A stretch of 64,000 nucleotides of DNA. Origin: Callorhinchus milii (taxonomy: Eukaryota). This document shows positions 10,785 to 22,924 of this stretch, in pieces. Where the stretch lies: the NCBI RefSeq assembly GCF_018977255.1, contig NW_024704743.1, forward strand, positions 85,252,001-85,316,000. Reading direction: 5' to 3'. A program made the translations under genes and the position numbers. The notes beneath the pieces were generated by a model. The model worked only from the letters and a program-made list of their open reading frames with translations. It ran no database searches and was not told where the DNA came from. Numbering within the stretch: position 1 is the first letter of the stretch; each line of letters begins with the position of its first letter.

Positions 10785-13700
10785 ACCCAATACAGAGTAA
10801 TGCATTGAAATCTATAAAACAAAACCACTCAGGAACTTATTTTAATATTGGTGGTTATTTGCAGGGGAGGAATATTGTAAATAATTTTTAGTTAAAACAC
10901 ACCCTAATGATATTTAAAATGCATTGCACTGATGAAAGCAATGCGTTGATCGAAGTGATGGCTTTTACAGCTGTGTTATACCTGCAAATCATATTTAGCA
11001 TAACCTGCCCGTTGTTTTTGATTGCACAAAATGAAAGTTCCAGAAATATGAATTGCACAGTAAGGATTATATGAAGAACAATCCTTCTGTGAGCAATGAG
11101 TCTTAGTATTTAAAGATTGGAGGAGACTGCTGGGAAGCAGACATACTTTGGATATTCTTTCTTGCCAGCCAATTATGTTTCATCACATTTGCCTAGCAGA
11201 GCAATTGCATAAAGAAAAGCACAATGGGGATTTTGTTTGGCTGAGGTTTGATTTGCAGAATGCCTTCAGTCATAGTGTGCGCATTCACTTATCTGTTGTA
11301 AAAAACTGCATGTGATTGAATTCAAAAAAGCTTTTTTCAACTTTTCAAATCCTTTCATTAGACAGGTGGTATATGTAGCCACCATTGTTCAATGCTTATT
11401 TAAACAGTTGAACTTTACAGCGGAAATCAAGGATTGTTTAGTGGTTATTGGTTGAAGGTATACACTGCAGGATAAAACTGAACCGAGGCTTCTCAAGCAA
11501 TTAGAGCCTTACAAACATCCGAATCGTAGTTCATTCGCCCACAAATATACAATCAATACACTTTACAGTCTATTCTGTGAAGCACTTTGAGACGTCGAGA
11601 AGATGTGAAAAACACTATATCAAATGTAAGGATTATTATTATTAGCGAGAATATTCTGAGGAATTCACAGTCATTGTAATAATTATTGATGCTGCTCTGA
11701 TCAACTCCTTGAAAGCTTGTTCAAAGACCATTCTGGGGTAGCTTGCAGTTGTTGGTGTCTGAAGTTCAAAGTCTCTCTGTTTACTCTGCGGGATAGAGTG
11801 AACTGAGGCAAATATTTATTGCTTCCAGCTTCCCCTCCCTTCAATAACGCACCAAGATTGGGAACTCATTGCGTAGGGAATTACAGCAGTCAGCCTGTGA
11901 CCCAACACTTCACAGCATGTCCCACCTGATTGGCAAGTTCCATATTTAATTCCTTTATGTTCTCCCCCCAGGGAGAGGATGGTTTGGAGCCGATTACTAT
12001 CAATTAATTCATATTGTAAGCCCTCGTGGTCTATCCAAAACTACTGGGTTGATGATAAACGAGAGAAAGCACAAAGTAGAACTGTCAGCATATCCCACAG
12101 GTAGACAAGCTGTGAAGGGAGAAAGAGAGAAACGATACATTACAAAGAAGGATGGCGTTTTCATATTAATTTAAGAAGGACATTGTTACTGGTTCCTCAC
12201 ATTGGCAAGATTTGTACACCATAATATTGCATTTGACGTAGCAGCCTATCATGTTGAAATGTTTCAAAGTGCTTCACAGAGATTTCTGTAGAATAAATCA
12301 TTTAGCTGTCCTAACTGCTTTGCGATCTGCTCGGCTGTTAACATGAGGAAACTGGATTAGTATGAAATGTACTTATACGTTATTACCTGTGCTGTTTGTT
12401 TAAATAGCGAACACTGCTTTGAAGGAGTTACTGAGCTTGGCAATCTGAGTAAACCTGAATGGTAGAAATAACAAGGTAACTGAAAGGGCTGAGGTTAATC
12501 AGTGACATGACTGCTGTTAGTTTAGCTGCCCCACACTGCACTGTCTCTAAACTAGCTCCCCTGTGGAGATTAGCAGCAGTCACTGAAAGCTAAACAATAT
12601 CTGTTTTGTTTTTAAAAACTAAAATCAAAGAAAAGAATCAAAATCGATGTTTAATTCAACGATTTGAATTGTTTAATATTTTAAAAGGAGTCCTGATTTT
12701 GGAGGTCCCTGGTTATATTCACACTTTTTCAGCAGTATATGTCAGCAGATGTTGAAAATGTAATTTTGAATGTCTGTTAAATCATAGAAGGTGTTGTGCT
12801 TCATCCATATATTAGATCAAGGTAGAGCTTGGAAAGTCTACCGTTTGGTAATGTTACCACAGACCACTCACTTAGGTGCTCAATCAGCTTCAATGTGATA
12901 TCAACCTCCGCTTGTTGTAGAATTAATTTTATTTTTGTTCCATGCGTTGAGTTATTTTATGGTCTGGATTTTGTTGTAGCATATTGGGTTAGATTCAATT
13001 ATTTTTACTGTATCTTGTTAATCTTGTTTTTTTTCCTCTCAATACTTACAGTATATACCACTACTATTTTTTAACACACTCTGTTCCGTCTGCCATATCC
13101 TCACTTTTTATTTTCAAGTGTTTCAGCTGCAAACAAGATTTAGGAATTAATAAATAGGTGGGGGATCTATGGATTGCCTAATGGGTATCAATGTTCTGTA
13201 TATTACCTATAACCTCAGGTCTGCATACCCTAGTGCTGTTCAGAGGTATTATTCACTGCTTCCTACAGGCCAGAGGTGACAGGTAATACACTGAACCTCA
13301 CTATACAGACCAGAGGATACAGATAATTAATATACTGAATATTACAAGGCCATCATTGCACTCAAAAATAGCCTGCCGTCACGCACTATCATAGCTGTTG
13401 CAAGAATAATAGCCACTTTGGTGAGTTACCGTACCCTAGAAGAAGAAGTAGGGGAATATCCTTCTCACAGCAACAACAACAAAAACAACAAGATTACATT
13501 TGTATAGCGCCTTTCACGTCGGGAGGACATCCCAAGGCGCTGGACAGAGAATAGCATTTCAAATCACAAAGACCTGGATTTGGGTTTTCTGCAAAGCAGC
13601 AATGACAGAGGCAAGGAAACTTATCACTTATCCATCGATCCAACCAGAGAATTTAAGGTTCACTCTGCAATGAGTGCTTTAATTAACTATTCATTAATTA

Positions 13701-14039
13701 TTGATTTTACCAGATCTGCTGGTTGCATAGCAACATGGCTGCAGTATATTTCTAATGTGGTATGAAAGTGAAATAGCATAGCAACCATCAGACAAAAGTC
13801 AGGCTCCTAAATCTCTCCAAATACCTTGAATATGAATGATTAGGAAACATTTGCCAGGGTAACAAACTGCAATGTTACTCAGAAGCAGTCAACTCATTCA
13901 CCTCATTATTCTTTTTGGTTAAATTTAACTTAATTTCCGATATTCAGTTACTATGTCCTCATTCAACAACCACCATAATATTTATCTGAGGAATATCAGT
14001 CACTGGGAGCAGCGATTTTTCCCACTCAGTTTTTGTTAA

Positions 14040-14366
14040 CCCTGCAAGCCAAAACCCTAACGGGTAGGGTGGTCTAGCTGGACAAGCAGTGGGGAAGCTT
14101 TACAGGTTGTGCTTTCAACGGCAAGCAATCCAGCTTTAGCTGGTTTGACTCCAGCAGTACCCGAACGCATACCCTGAGTCCCTAATCCTTCGCTCTTGCC
14201 AACTTGCGCCTAATACTCTTTGGATTTAAGAAGGAAGGTTACACCCTCCATTCCAGACACAGAACTTTCCATGTGTAGATGGCTTACATATGTGGAACTC
14301 TGGTTTTATCCTGTTAATCAACGATGATGGATTTCCACATTTGTCAGAGACTCAGCTGAGCAAAAA
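14040..14366 (+). mobile_element. Short element corresponding to the RTEX-like 3' UTR
   Basis: ccctaacgggtagggtggtctagctggacaagcag...ttagctggtttgactccagcag...gatgatggatttccacat...cagctgagcaaaaaaa matches 36124-36470. Confidence 0.7.
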
Positions 14367-14628
14367 AATCTAAAGAATTAAAGTGCAATCATGTAGGCTC
14401 AACCTCAATGATTGTAACAAGATCTGAAGGAAAACCACAAAGAAAATGATCCACAAATGTGCTCGCCTGCATAAATCATGATGACAATTGCTGAATTAGG
14501 ACACTAAAAGCAACATAAATGATTCATGGTGCATATTGTTTGCTCAAAGGTGCTTGAGGATTGATGATCCATAATCATAAATGCAATTTAAGCATTCAGA
14601 ATCTGTTCTTAATATATTGATAGATTAA

Positions 14629-14864
14629 CCCACTGGTGGACAATTGATTTGGTCGACCAACAAAATAAATGTTCTTGATTGAATATTTCTTGATTTACGC
14701 CATAAATCACAAAATATTAAATGAAGAAACATCAAGAAAAACCTGGAAGCATATTACCGATCAAACATAGACTTACCTAGACTAGTGCGAATGTTTGGAG
14801 GACCGGTTCTGACGGCTCTACGGGCCGGAACCTGCTCACAAGTCATATTTTGGCCGGCACTGGG
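14629..14864. mobile_element. Possible piggyBac-type non-autonomous element
   Basis: TTAA|CCCACTGGTGGACAA ... TTGGCCGGCACTGGG|TTAA: TTAA on both sides, CCC/GGG ends, degenerate inverted repeats. Confidence 0.35.
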
Positions 14865-15599
14865 TTAAGCAGTGAATAACACCTCTGGAAATCTGTCTTC
14901 AGTTTGATGTTAAAGATCCCATGACATTATTTGAATAGAAAAGGGAGTATCTCCCATTGTTCTGATTAACAATCCTCCAGATAAAATTTGTCATTCTCGT
15001 AATTACTGTTTGTGAAATGTTGCTGATTGCTGTGTTTCCTTGCAAAAGCAATCACTGCTTTTGACAATAAATACTCATGAGGGGTTTCAAAAGATTTCAG
15101 TGTGACAGGGAGCTACAACATGATTGTCTACAAGTCACTGCACTCTACAGTAAATCCTGTGAAGGACTTTGAGACGTTTTGACAAACTGATACAGCACTA
15201 TGTCAATTACAAGGTTCATTGCTATTATAAAAATGCAAGTTCCTTCTTTTACTTGCTTATTCTAAGTATGATAAGCAGCAATCTTTCTACATAGAAAAGT
15301 CACAAAGAATCTGCTGCAGTTCACTGTACCAGGCAACTCCTGAGGAACATCTTCACCATCAACTGCAGAGTAGATTGAATGGAAGTCTGCGAGCACGAGG
15401 TGACTGTGTTCAGTGTGATTGAGACACTCACTACTGCTCTGATTAATGGGATTGAACAAATTCACACAGCATTTCAAGCTGCCTCCAGTTACCTTCAGCG
15501 ATTGTGTGCATGTACCTTGATTCTTCTTTCAATTGTTAAGGCAAAGTGAATGAGACAAAATTATATCCTGGATCTGTTCAGCATTAACTTACCTGAGAC

Positions 15600-15926
15600 A
15601 CCTTAAAGTTCGGGAGCAAGACTCTTGCCAACTTGTGCCTAACATTTAGGTAAGCAGGATGCAGGGCAAGAGGGTGCATCCTATTCTAATAAACATTTCT
15701 GGAAGTTTCAAGTATAGGTGGGATGCATGGAATTCTGTTTAGTTTAGACACTCTTAAGCATGGTGATGGATTTCTGCATGTGTGAGAAACCAGAGTGTGT
15801 GTTGGGATGTTGCTGGAGTCTGACCACCAAAAACCACATAGCTGGCCATTGAGAGCACTGTCTCGAAAGCTTTCCCGCTGCTTGTCCAGTTAGGAACACT
15901 CTACCCATTAGAGCTTTGGTTTGCAG
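15600..15926. mobile_element. Rearranged copy of the RTEX-like 3' UTR repeat (3' half +, 5' half -)
   Basis: 15600-15793 matches 36250-36455 forward; 15794-15926 matches 36115-36245 in reverse complement. Confidence 0.65.
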
Positions 15927-16574
15927 TGCCCTGGAGTACAGCAGATCCGCCTGGCTCGAGAACTGGACTAGCTGGACCTCCGGCGTGGTGAGGGGGAGCT
16001 CGATTCAGACATTCGGTTGACAAAACAAAGACCAAAAAGAGTTGCGGGCCTCATAGAGTTGTGGGCAACATGACTTTTGGAGAGCGTGTCTTGGGAGGTG
16101 GGAAGCGGGGAGTGCACAGCAAGCTAATCCAAGGAACCCGTCGATGTGCTACATCTCATTATATTATTAAATAAATAGAAGAGATGCATATTAATTTATG
16201 TTATTGCATCAAATTGCCCTCAATGTGTGTATGAAAAGTGGAATGCAAATGATTTTTCTACAAATCTGCAGTAATGTGATCAGCTAAAATAAATGCCACT
16301 TGGCACTGCATATGGATTCCTGGATGTTCTTTGAAAGGAGGGAAATGTTTAAATTATATTTGCAGAATCCATTATTCAATATAATGACTATTTGTGGGAT
16401 TTACATAAGGTGTGAACACTTCACAGTTTGTTCTGGCAAATTAGATGCTGTGCATTAATTCCTCATTTGCAGTGACTGAGAGATCTCTGAGACACCAACA
16501 AACTACCTTATCGAGTGGTCATAGATGTCGGAATGGCTCATTTGGTAGCTCTCTCATTTCTGAGTTAGGAGATT

Positions 16575-16905
16575 ATAATAATAATGATTCTTGCATTTGA
16601 TATAGCGCCTTATCACATCTTCGAGGCGTCTCAAAGCGCTTCACAGAATATACTGTAAAGTGAATTGACTATACTTTGTGGGCAAAACGCGGCAGCCATT
16701 TCCATGCAGCAGTGTCTCACAAACAGTCGTGGATTGAAGTGACCCAATTTTATTTTTTTGAAGGAATTATTACCCCCGGAAAAGTGAACCGCAATTGACT
16801 AACAACCAGGTTCCTACTTACTGCTAGGTAAACTGGGGTGTGTGGAGTAAGGAAACTTGCCCAACATTTTGCCCTGCCGGGAATTGAACCACTGAGCTAC
16901 AGACT
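16575..16905 (-). mobile_element. tRNA-derived SINE, long form, nested in an older SINE
   Basis: Matches the 10437-10784 copy; flanked by two halves of an old Deu-type SINE. Confidence 0.88.
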
Positions 16906-17966
16906 CTACATTATTTATTTGAACCACACATCATAGTCATAACCACATTTGAGCTCATAGTTTATCTAGGCTGACAATCCAGTGCAATACTGGGGATGTG
17001 CTGCACTGTCAGAGGTAGCATCCTTCAAATGTTAAACCAAGGTCCCGTCTCCCTGCTCAGGTAGATGTCAAAGATCTTATGGCAATATTTTTTAAATAAG
17101 GGAGCTTCTCCCAGGTCCTGCCCAGATAAAATTGGTCAGAAAACAATTTATGTGGCAAAGGGTAAATTTTTCTGACAATTAAAGCTTCAAGAGAAGCCCA
17201 CATTCAACCCCAGTGACACAAACTTCAGTGTATTGAGCTGTAACTGGTAATAAAATTCAGGCAAATATAAAAGTTACAATAGTAAAAATAGAAAAAGAAT
17301 ACCGAGAAAATGTCTAAAATTCTAAAGTGAGTGCAGAGGCTAAACTGTTTTGTCAGATATCAGAGTAGTTTTTGTGCTGTAATGTTGAAAATATTTTTTG
17401 ACTTCACAGTCCACAAAATATTAAATTAAAATTAACTTGCCCAATGATTATAGAATTCCATGGAGTTTCTGCCTGTCAGAAGGTAAATAAGATTTTCTTT
17501 ATGTAGAGTCTTATTCCGTCGATATATTTCCACAAATATTAGATTTGAACGAGCAAATTATCTGGAGCTTGTTGAGAGAAACTCCCTTCTATTTTCAAAT
17601 GGTGTTATGGATTTGATGACATTCATCTGATGGACCATGGAGATGAACTACAGACCTCTGTGATTAACATCTCACCTCAAAGCAGTCACCTCTAAACAAT
17701 GGGGTGCTCTGTGGGTTTTAGCTTTATCAACATTACCATATTAGCCAAACGATTCACTTCATGCTTGGTGAGTGGATTTAGCTTGTGTGGACTGGGAAAA
17801 ATAATTAACAATGTGACAAAAATTTTCCTTTCACAAATTGAGTTTTGGACAGGTGGATGTCTGATACAAATGGAAAACTATCACTATGCTTATTTGTATT
17901 TAAACCAACAACCAATTTATTAACCCCAACAATGTTTATATTACACCTTTATGTCATAAATACAGT

Positions 17967-18280
17967 GGAGTCCTGTAGCTCAGTGGTTAGAGCACTCGCT
18001 TTGCAAGCGAGAGACCTGAGTTCAATTCCAGGCAGAGGGCGAAACCTTGGGCAAGTTTCCTTACTCCACACACCTAATAATAATCCCTCCAAAAACCCAA
18101 AACAATAATAAATTGGTCATTTTCAATCTACGACTGTTTGTGGGACATTGCGGTGCGCAATTGGCCACAAATATACAGTCAATTCACTTTACAGTGTGTT
18201 CTGTGAAGCGCTTTGGGACGTCCTCCCGACGTGAAAAGCGCTATATCAAATGTAAGGATTATTATTATTATTATTATTAT
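17967..18280 (+). mobile_element. Young tRNA-Ala-derived SINE, near full length, short form
   Basis: A box tagctcagtgg, anticodon arm ctcgctTTGCAAgcgag, B box gagttcaattcc, Deu-like core ctgtttgtgggacattgc, L2-like tail, (TTA)n; small internal deletion near 18165. Confidence 0.92.
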
Positions 18281-18576
18281 AAGGACATCTGAAAGTGCTT
18301 CAAACAGCTGATTTAGCTGTGGGCGGGTATCTTGGGAGGGAAGATGGGAGTGGGCTCATAATACCCATGGAAGGGATCCATGTAAATCAGTAGAATGCTA
18401 GAAGGGTAAACAGAAGGGTATTTCTTTTCGATTTGGCTTTATACAAATGTAGATTTGGTGGTGTTTATGGAAAGGCAATGTGGGATTTTCGTTGCATTTC
18501 CCACACTGATACTTGTGACCTTGGTGGACAAGGTGCTTTTCCCTCCAATAATGGTTCTTATTTTCTGTGGTTCAAG

Positions 18577-18712
18577 GGGGCACAAACGGAAGCTGGAGGA
18601 AGATGAAGTCGGCAGTGATTCCAGCAAACTCTCCAGCAATGAGGACGACAGCAGTTCAGAAGCTGACGAAATGGCAGCAGCGCTTGAAGCAGAGCTGAAT
18701 GATTTTATTTGA
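18577..18712 (+). CDS. CTDP1: Terminal coding exon of RNA polymerase II CTD phosphatase FCP1 (acidic C-terminal TFIIF/RAP74-binding tail)
   Basis: Translates (R)GHKRKLEEDEVGSDSSKLSSNEDDSSSEADEMAAALEAELNDFI*, matching the vertebrate CTDP1 C-terminus (human ...GHKRKLNEED...SSSEADEMAKALEAELNDLM). Preceded by ttcttattttctgtggttcaAG acceptor (AG 18575-76, phase 2); TGA at 18710-12. The ORF-track start at 18455 is intronic. Confidence 0.95.
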
Positions 18713-19470
18713 TGCACATGTGGGATAACAATTTACTTAATGTAACAGATCTCAGACTTAACGTAACATCCTGGAATGTTGTAAGATTTGCCAATCTGTA
18801 GATTCACTATTGCCAGAATTAGTAACCTGATTACAAATGAACTAAAAGAATTATTCTTATGAGCATTGTTTTAACAACAGAATGGGAGTAAAATTCCCTT
18901 TTTTAAACAAAAGTTTTTTCTGGAATGTAGTAATATTACAGTAGATTGGTGTGCTATGCCAAAGAATGAGGATCGATAGCTGCAGTGATCTTACAGGACA
19001 CTGCACAAATGCAGAAACTTTGTGATCTGTTAACATAAAGTAAATTCTTCATTCACCCTTTTATGAAGGGATGTTACTGTGGACTCAACCGGGAAAGATT
19101 TTTTTTTGCTCGGGGAGGGGGGTGGGTGCAGGGGAGGGGCTGCAATGATTTGATTAAATGAATAGTTTGTTGCATTTCATGGTTTTAAAACGTTGTGTTA
19201 CAGACGAGTTGGGTTCTTCAGAAGAACATTGTGTAGATTTATATTTGGAACTTCTGTGTAACTGGGAATCTTAGCATAGTCTGATCTCCAGTGAGCTCTT
19301 TTTTCATCCATTTTCTCTTTCATGCAGAAAATAATGCTCAGATATTCCAGTTTAAGGATTTTATTTTTTTGTGTTTTGTTTTGCAGGACTGATGTAAAGT
19401 TTTTGTATATTCAATTTCATACACACTGAAATTTTCTTTCATTAAATAAAGATTTAAAAATTATTTTGTA
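18713..19470 (+). other. CTDP1: CTDP1 3' UTR
   Basis: Repeat-free, U-rich stretch between the stop codon and the poly(A) signal; the end is approximate. Confidence 0.7.
19441..19450 (+). terminator. Polyadenylation signal (overlapping ATTAAA/AATAAA) of CTDP1
   Basis: attaaataaa at 19441-50, upstream TGTA motifs and U-rich tract, GT-rich tgttgtg downstream. Confidence 0.7.
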
Positions 19471-20808
19471 AATGTTGTGCAGGTAGATTTCCTTCCTGGT
19501 GCTACGAGGCTGACTTGATGTACTTCCTTTTTACAATGTCTATGATGCATTATTATTTCCAGGTGTGCTATGCCACATTTAGCTCTGACTCTGAGGTTTT
19601 CACATTCTTCTTTAAATATCTATTCTTGCTACTTCTTGCTGCTTCAGGACTGAAATTCAATAAGCATAAACTCCCACAGCCCAGTGCAAGGAATCATTTG
19701 TAAATCAGGCTTTCTTGTTGCAAGCATTCTCACTGTTTACACTGCAGTTTTGCACACTTCTTGCTCTCTTCCATCGATTTCACTCATATTTCAGATTTTT
19801 TTCACTTTATTACTGTTCTCATTATTTTTGCAAAGTTGGTGTGTTTTTAAACCTGAAGCATTGATTGCGTTACAATTTAATCAGGTAACCTCTCACTGAG
19901 CTTTATTTAAGTTAATCGAACCTTATATTGGCAGAGAGCCAGATTCCACTTAGAGATCAGGAACTATGGCCGACTACGTCAAGAAACATTTTATGCCAAA
20001 TGGATCTTGATCTTGACTGTAATTATCCTACCAATACTGTCACACTGCTCTAATTATACCACTTGGGAACTCAGAGAGTAGTTGTGTTTTCAAATGTCAA
20101 AAATGTTTAGCATTTCCAATTTGGAATCTATTCTATATTGTTTATTTACTCTAATATAGTCAATATTAGTAGCAGTGTATTTACCTCTATTTGTTCACTC
20201 TGTTTTATTTTGCAGTCTCATTAAAGTTGCCCCACAAGCATGCTATCTCCAGTTCACGCAATTTAATTGTCAGCTAAGAGGAAAAGTGAGCCTTTTATTT
20301 TTTAATAGACTTGGTTAAACATGAAATTGTGGTACACATTACTTTGGGCTTCAGTATGTCAAAGGACACAGTCCGCTTGTCAGATCTCATTCTATTGGGT
20401 ATCAATAGTCTTATCTTGGTAATAACCAAATAAAGGAACAAATTTATTGTATATTGGTAATGAATACAAAATGTCTAAAATTGCATAAATTACATAACTT
20501 CCTTGTCCAGAGAACATAGTTACAGGTTGGCGGGAGCCAAGACCTCAAAGTGCATATCTGGTCCTTTTGCATTTGAACCAATTAAAATGCTGCAGCTTAG
20601 AAGTTACTGATCAGTTTCATTGTCCAGTTAGGACCACACTCCCCATTACAGCATAAGCTTGTAGGTATATCAAACATCAGGTGGGAAGAATCCTATCCCA
20701 GAGGTGACTTCCCTACACACTTCAAGTGTCATTTATGAGCCAAACGAACTGGTTAATCACCAACAATGCCTTGGAGTACTGATACCTGGGAAGGGCCTAT
20801 GTATTTCA

Positions 20809-20990
20809 ATAATAATAATAATCCTTGCATTTGATACAGCGCCATATCATGTCTTCGAGATGTCTCAAAGTGCTTCACTGAATATACTGTAAAGTGAATT
20901 GACTGTATATTTGTGGGCGAAACGCGGCAGCCAATTGCGCACAGCAGTGTCCCACAAACAGTCATGGATTGAAGTGAACAATTTATTACT
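20809..20990 (-). mobile_element. SINE 3' half
   Basis: Tail and Deu-like core in reverse complement. Confidence 0.8.
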
Positions 20991-22924
20991 ATATCAATGA
21001 CTAATACCACAAGCTGCTCAGCAACTAGTTTTCCATTTATAATTTCATAGTTGAAGTATCACCTTACTGGTTTCTGTGTGCGATAATTCAAGAGTTTTAT
21101 GTTTTCATCTCCTTTACAAACCCAAAGTAAATCTTTCATGGTGAAAGCCACAATGCTGACTGTGACATCAGACTTCCAATTTGAGGATTATAGCCTTCCA
21201 CTGATATTTAGAAGGATACTAATTATTTGCTATCTTTGTTTGACTGGACCACTGAGAACAGTGTGGGGAAGGTTGTGCAACACAAATCTTTGGGGGTCAT
21301 TCAATGTGCTAAATATTAACTGCCCCATTAAACTGATCTAACGGTTTAATTTATTAAAAAAAATAGAAAATGAATGAAAGTAGAGAAATAAATTGTAAAT
21401 TAGGGCTCCAAAAGTCCATTTTAACCAATTGACCTAGAGCATAATAGAATACAATACACTCTGCTTAATTTCATATCAGATGACCTCATATCTATTTAAT
21501 TACAATGCAATTTCTCGATATTGAAAATTCTCTATTTGTTTGTTTGTATAATATTGCACCCTGCTCAAATGCATATTGATTAATTGCATAATTTGTTTAC
21601 TGCATGAAAAATAGCCAGTCCATTCACACTTGTATAATTAATCCAGATAATTGCATTGGTTAAGGAATTGACTGCATGACCACAAACAATTTGACTTGCA
21701 GTCATGGCGACCTCCAGACCTGAGGAATATGCACGCTTTGCCTGACCCACTCCTTCCTATTAATGCCACTTTCACAGCTCTGACACTTTTTAATCCAGGC
21801 ACTGCCTGAGGTCTGATTGACAGAGATCTGGCCCAATCCCAAATCAAATGGGGTGATGCTCCCCCCACCAACTATAACTAGTGGTCAAAGAGTCCAGCAT
21901 TAGCAGAGGAAGTCAACTCTGATGATCTGCCATGGTGCGTTCATTTCCCCCAAATAAAATTGGCCCCTCACTTCACAGCTGTTTGGGACATTGCTGTGAG
22001 CAAATTGGTTGCAGCATTCCACTACAAATTTACAGTCATTCCACTTTACAGGAAAATCCTGTGACGCGTTATGAGACATCTCGATCACTGCAAGGATTAT
22101 TATTATATTTGCAAATTGGATTTGTGTTGATTACAACTTCAGGTTTGAGAAGTTGACAGTTGACAAATCCCAAATCGGGAAAGTCCCAAAAATACATGCA
22201 GGAAATGGCCAAAATCTTTCCCCAATTAATGTGCTGATTTGAAGTTCTAGGTGGCTCTCATCTGAAGTCAGTTCAATGTTAAAAGACCGGCTACAAAATC
22301 AAAAACGTAATTGAGAAACCTGGGTGAAGGGCAAAAATCTAAATGGAAAAGAGAAGAATAAAACAACAAATATTGTTTCAGTAATGTCTACTTTTGTTTC
22401 AAAGGTCTGGGGTTTGAGGAAGAATTGATGACTGAGTTAGATATGTTCTTCCACTATCTTGAAATGCTGGGAAAAAATGGTTTAGAGCAACAGGAGTGAA
22501 TCTATTATGCACAGTGTGTAAACTCGTCTGTATAGAGGGAATTATAGGCGCCATTCATTAATGTAACCAGCAATCAATGTAAAGGATTGTGCCTTCTGTA
22601 ATCTGTTTCATTCTTTGTAAATAACATTTATAAAGCCATCCTGTAATTTCTACTGCAAACATTCATTTTCAAATGGTTTACACATCTTGCAAATTAAACG
22701 CCAATATGAGCAACAATAACAATGTAGCCTAGCTCCCTCATGTATCATCATGAGTTGATACTGCATTCTTCATTGCTATTCCTTTTTTATGCCTCTTGCT
22801 TCATGGCCTGCCTTCCTGTGGGATTTGCTGGCAATACATCTTAAAGCTTTTTATTTATTTCTCTTTCTCTTCATCGGGCCAGTAGTCTTGATAGAGCACT
22901 GGGACGTATTATATAACACAGTGA

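Noticed and set aside
17967..18040. tRNA-Ala(TGC)-like sequence (also at 27416, 34531, 37635, 49644 and 58310)
   Set aside because: SINE heads: no proper acceptor stem, and they run straight into SINE body and tail.
18455..18576. Hydrophobic N-terminal part of ORF 18455-18712
   Set aside because: Intronic sequence upstream of the CTDP1 acceptor.
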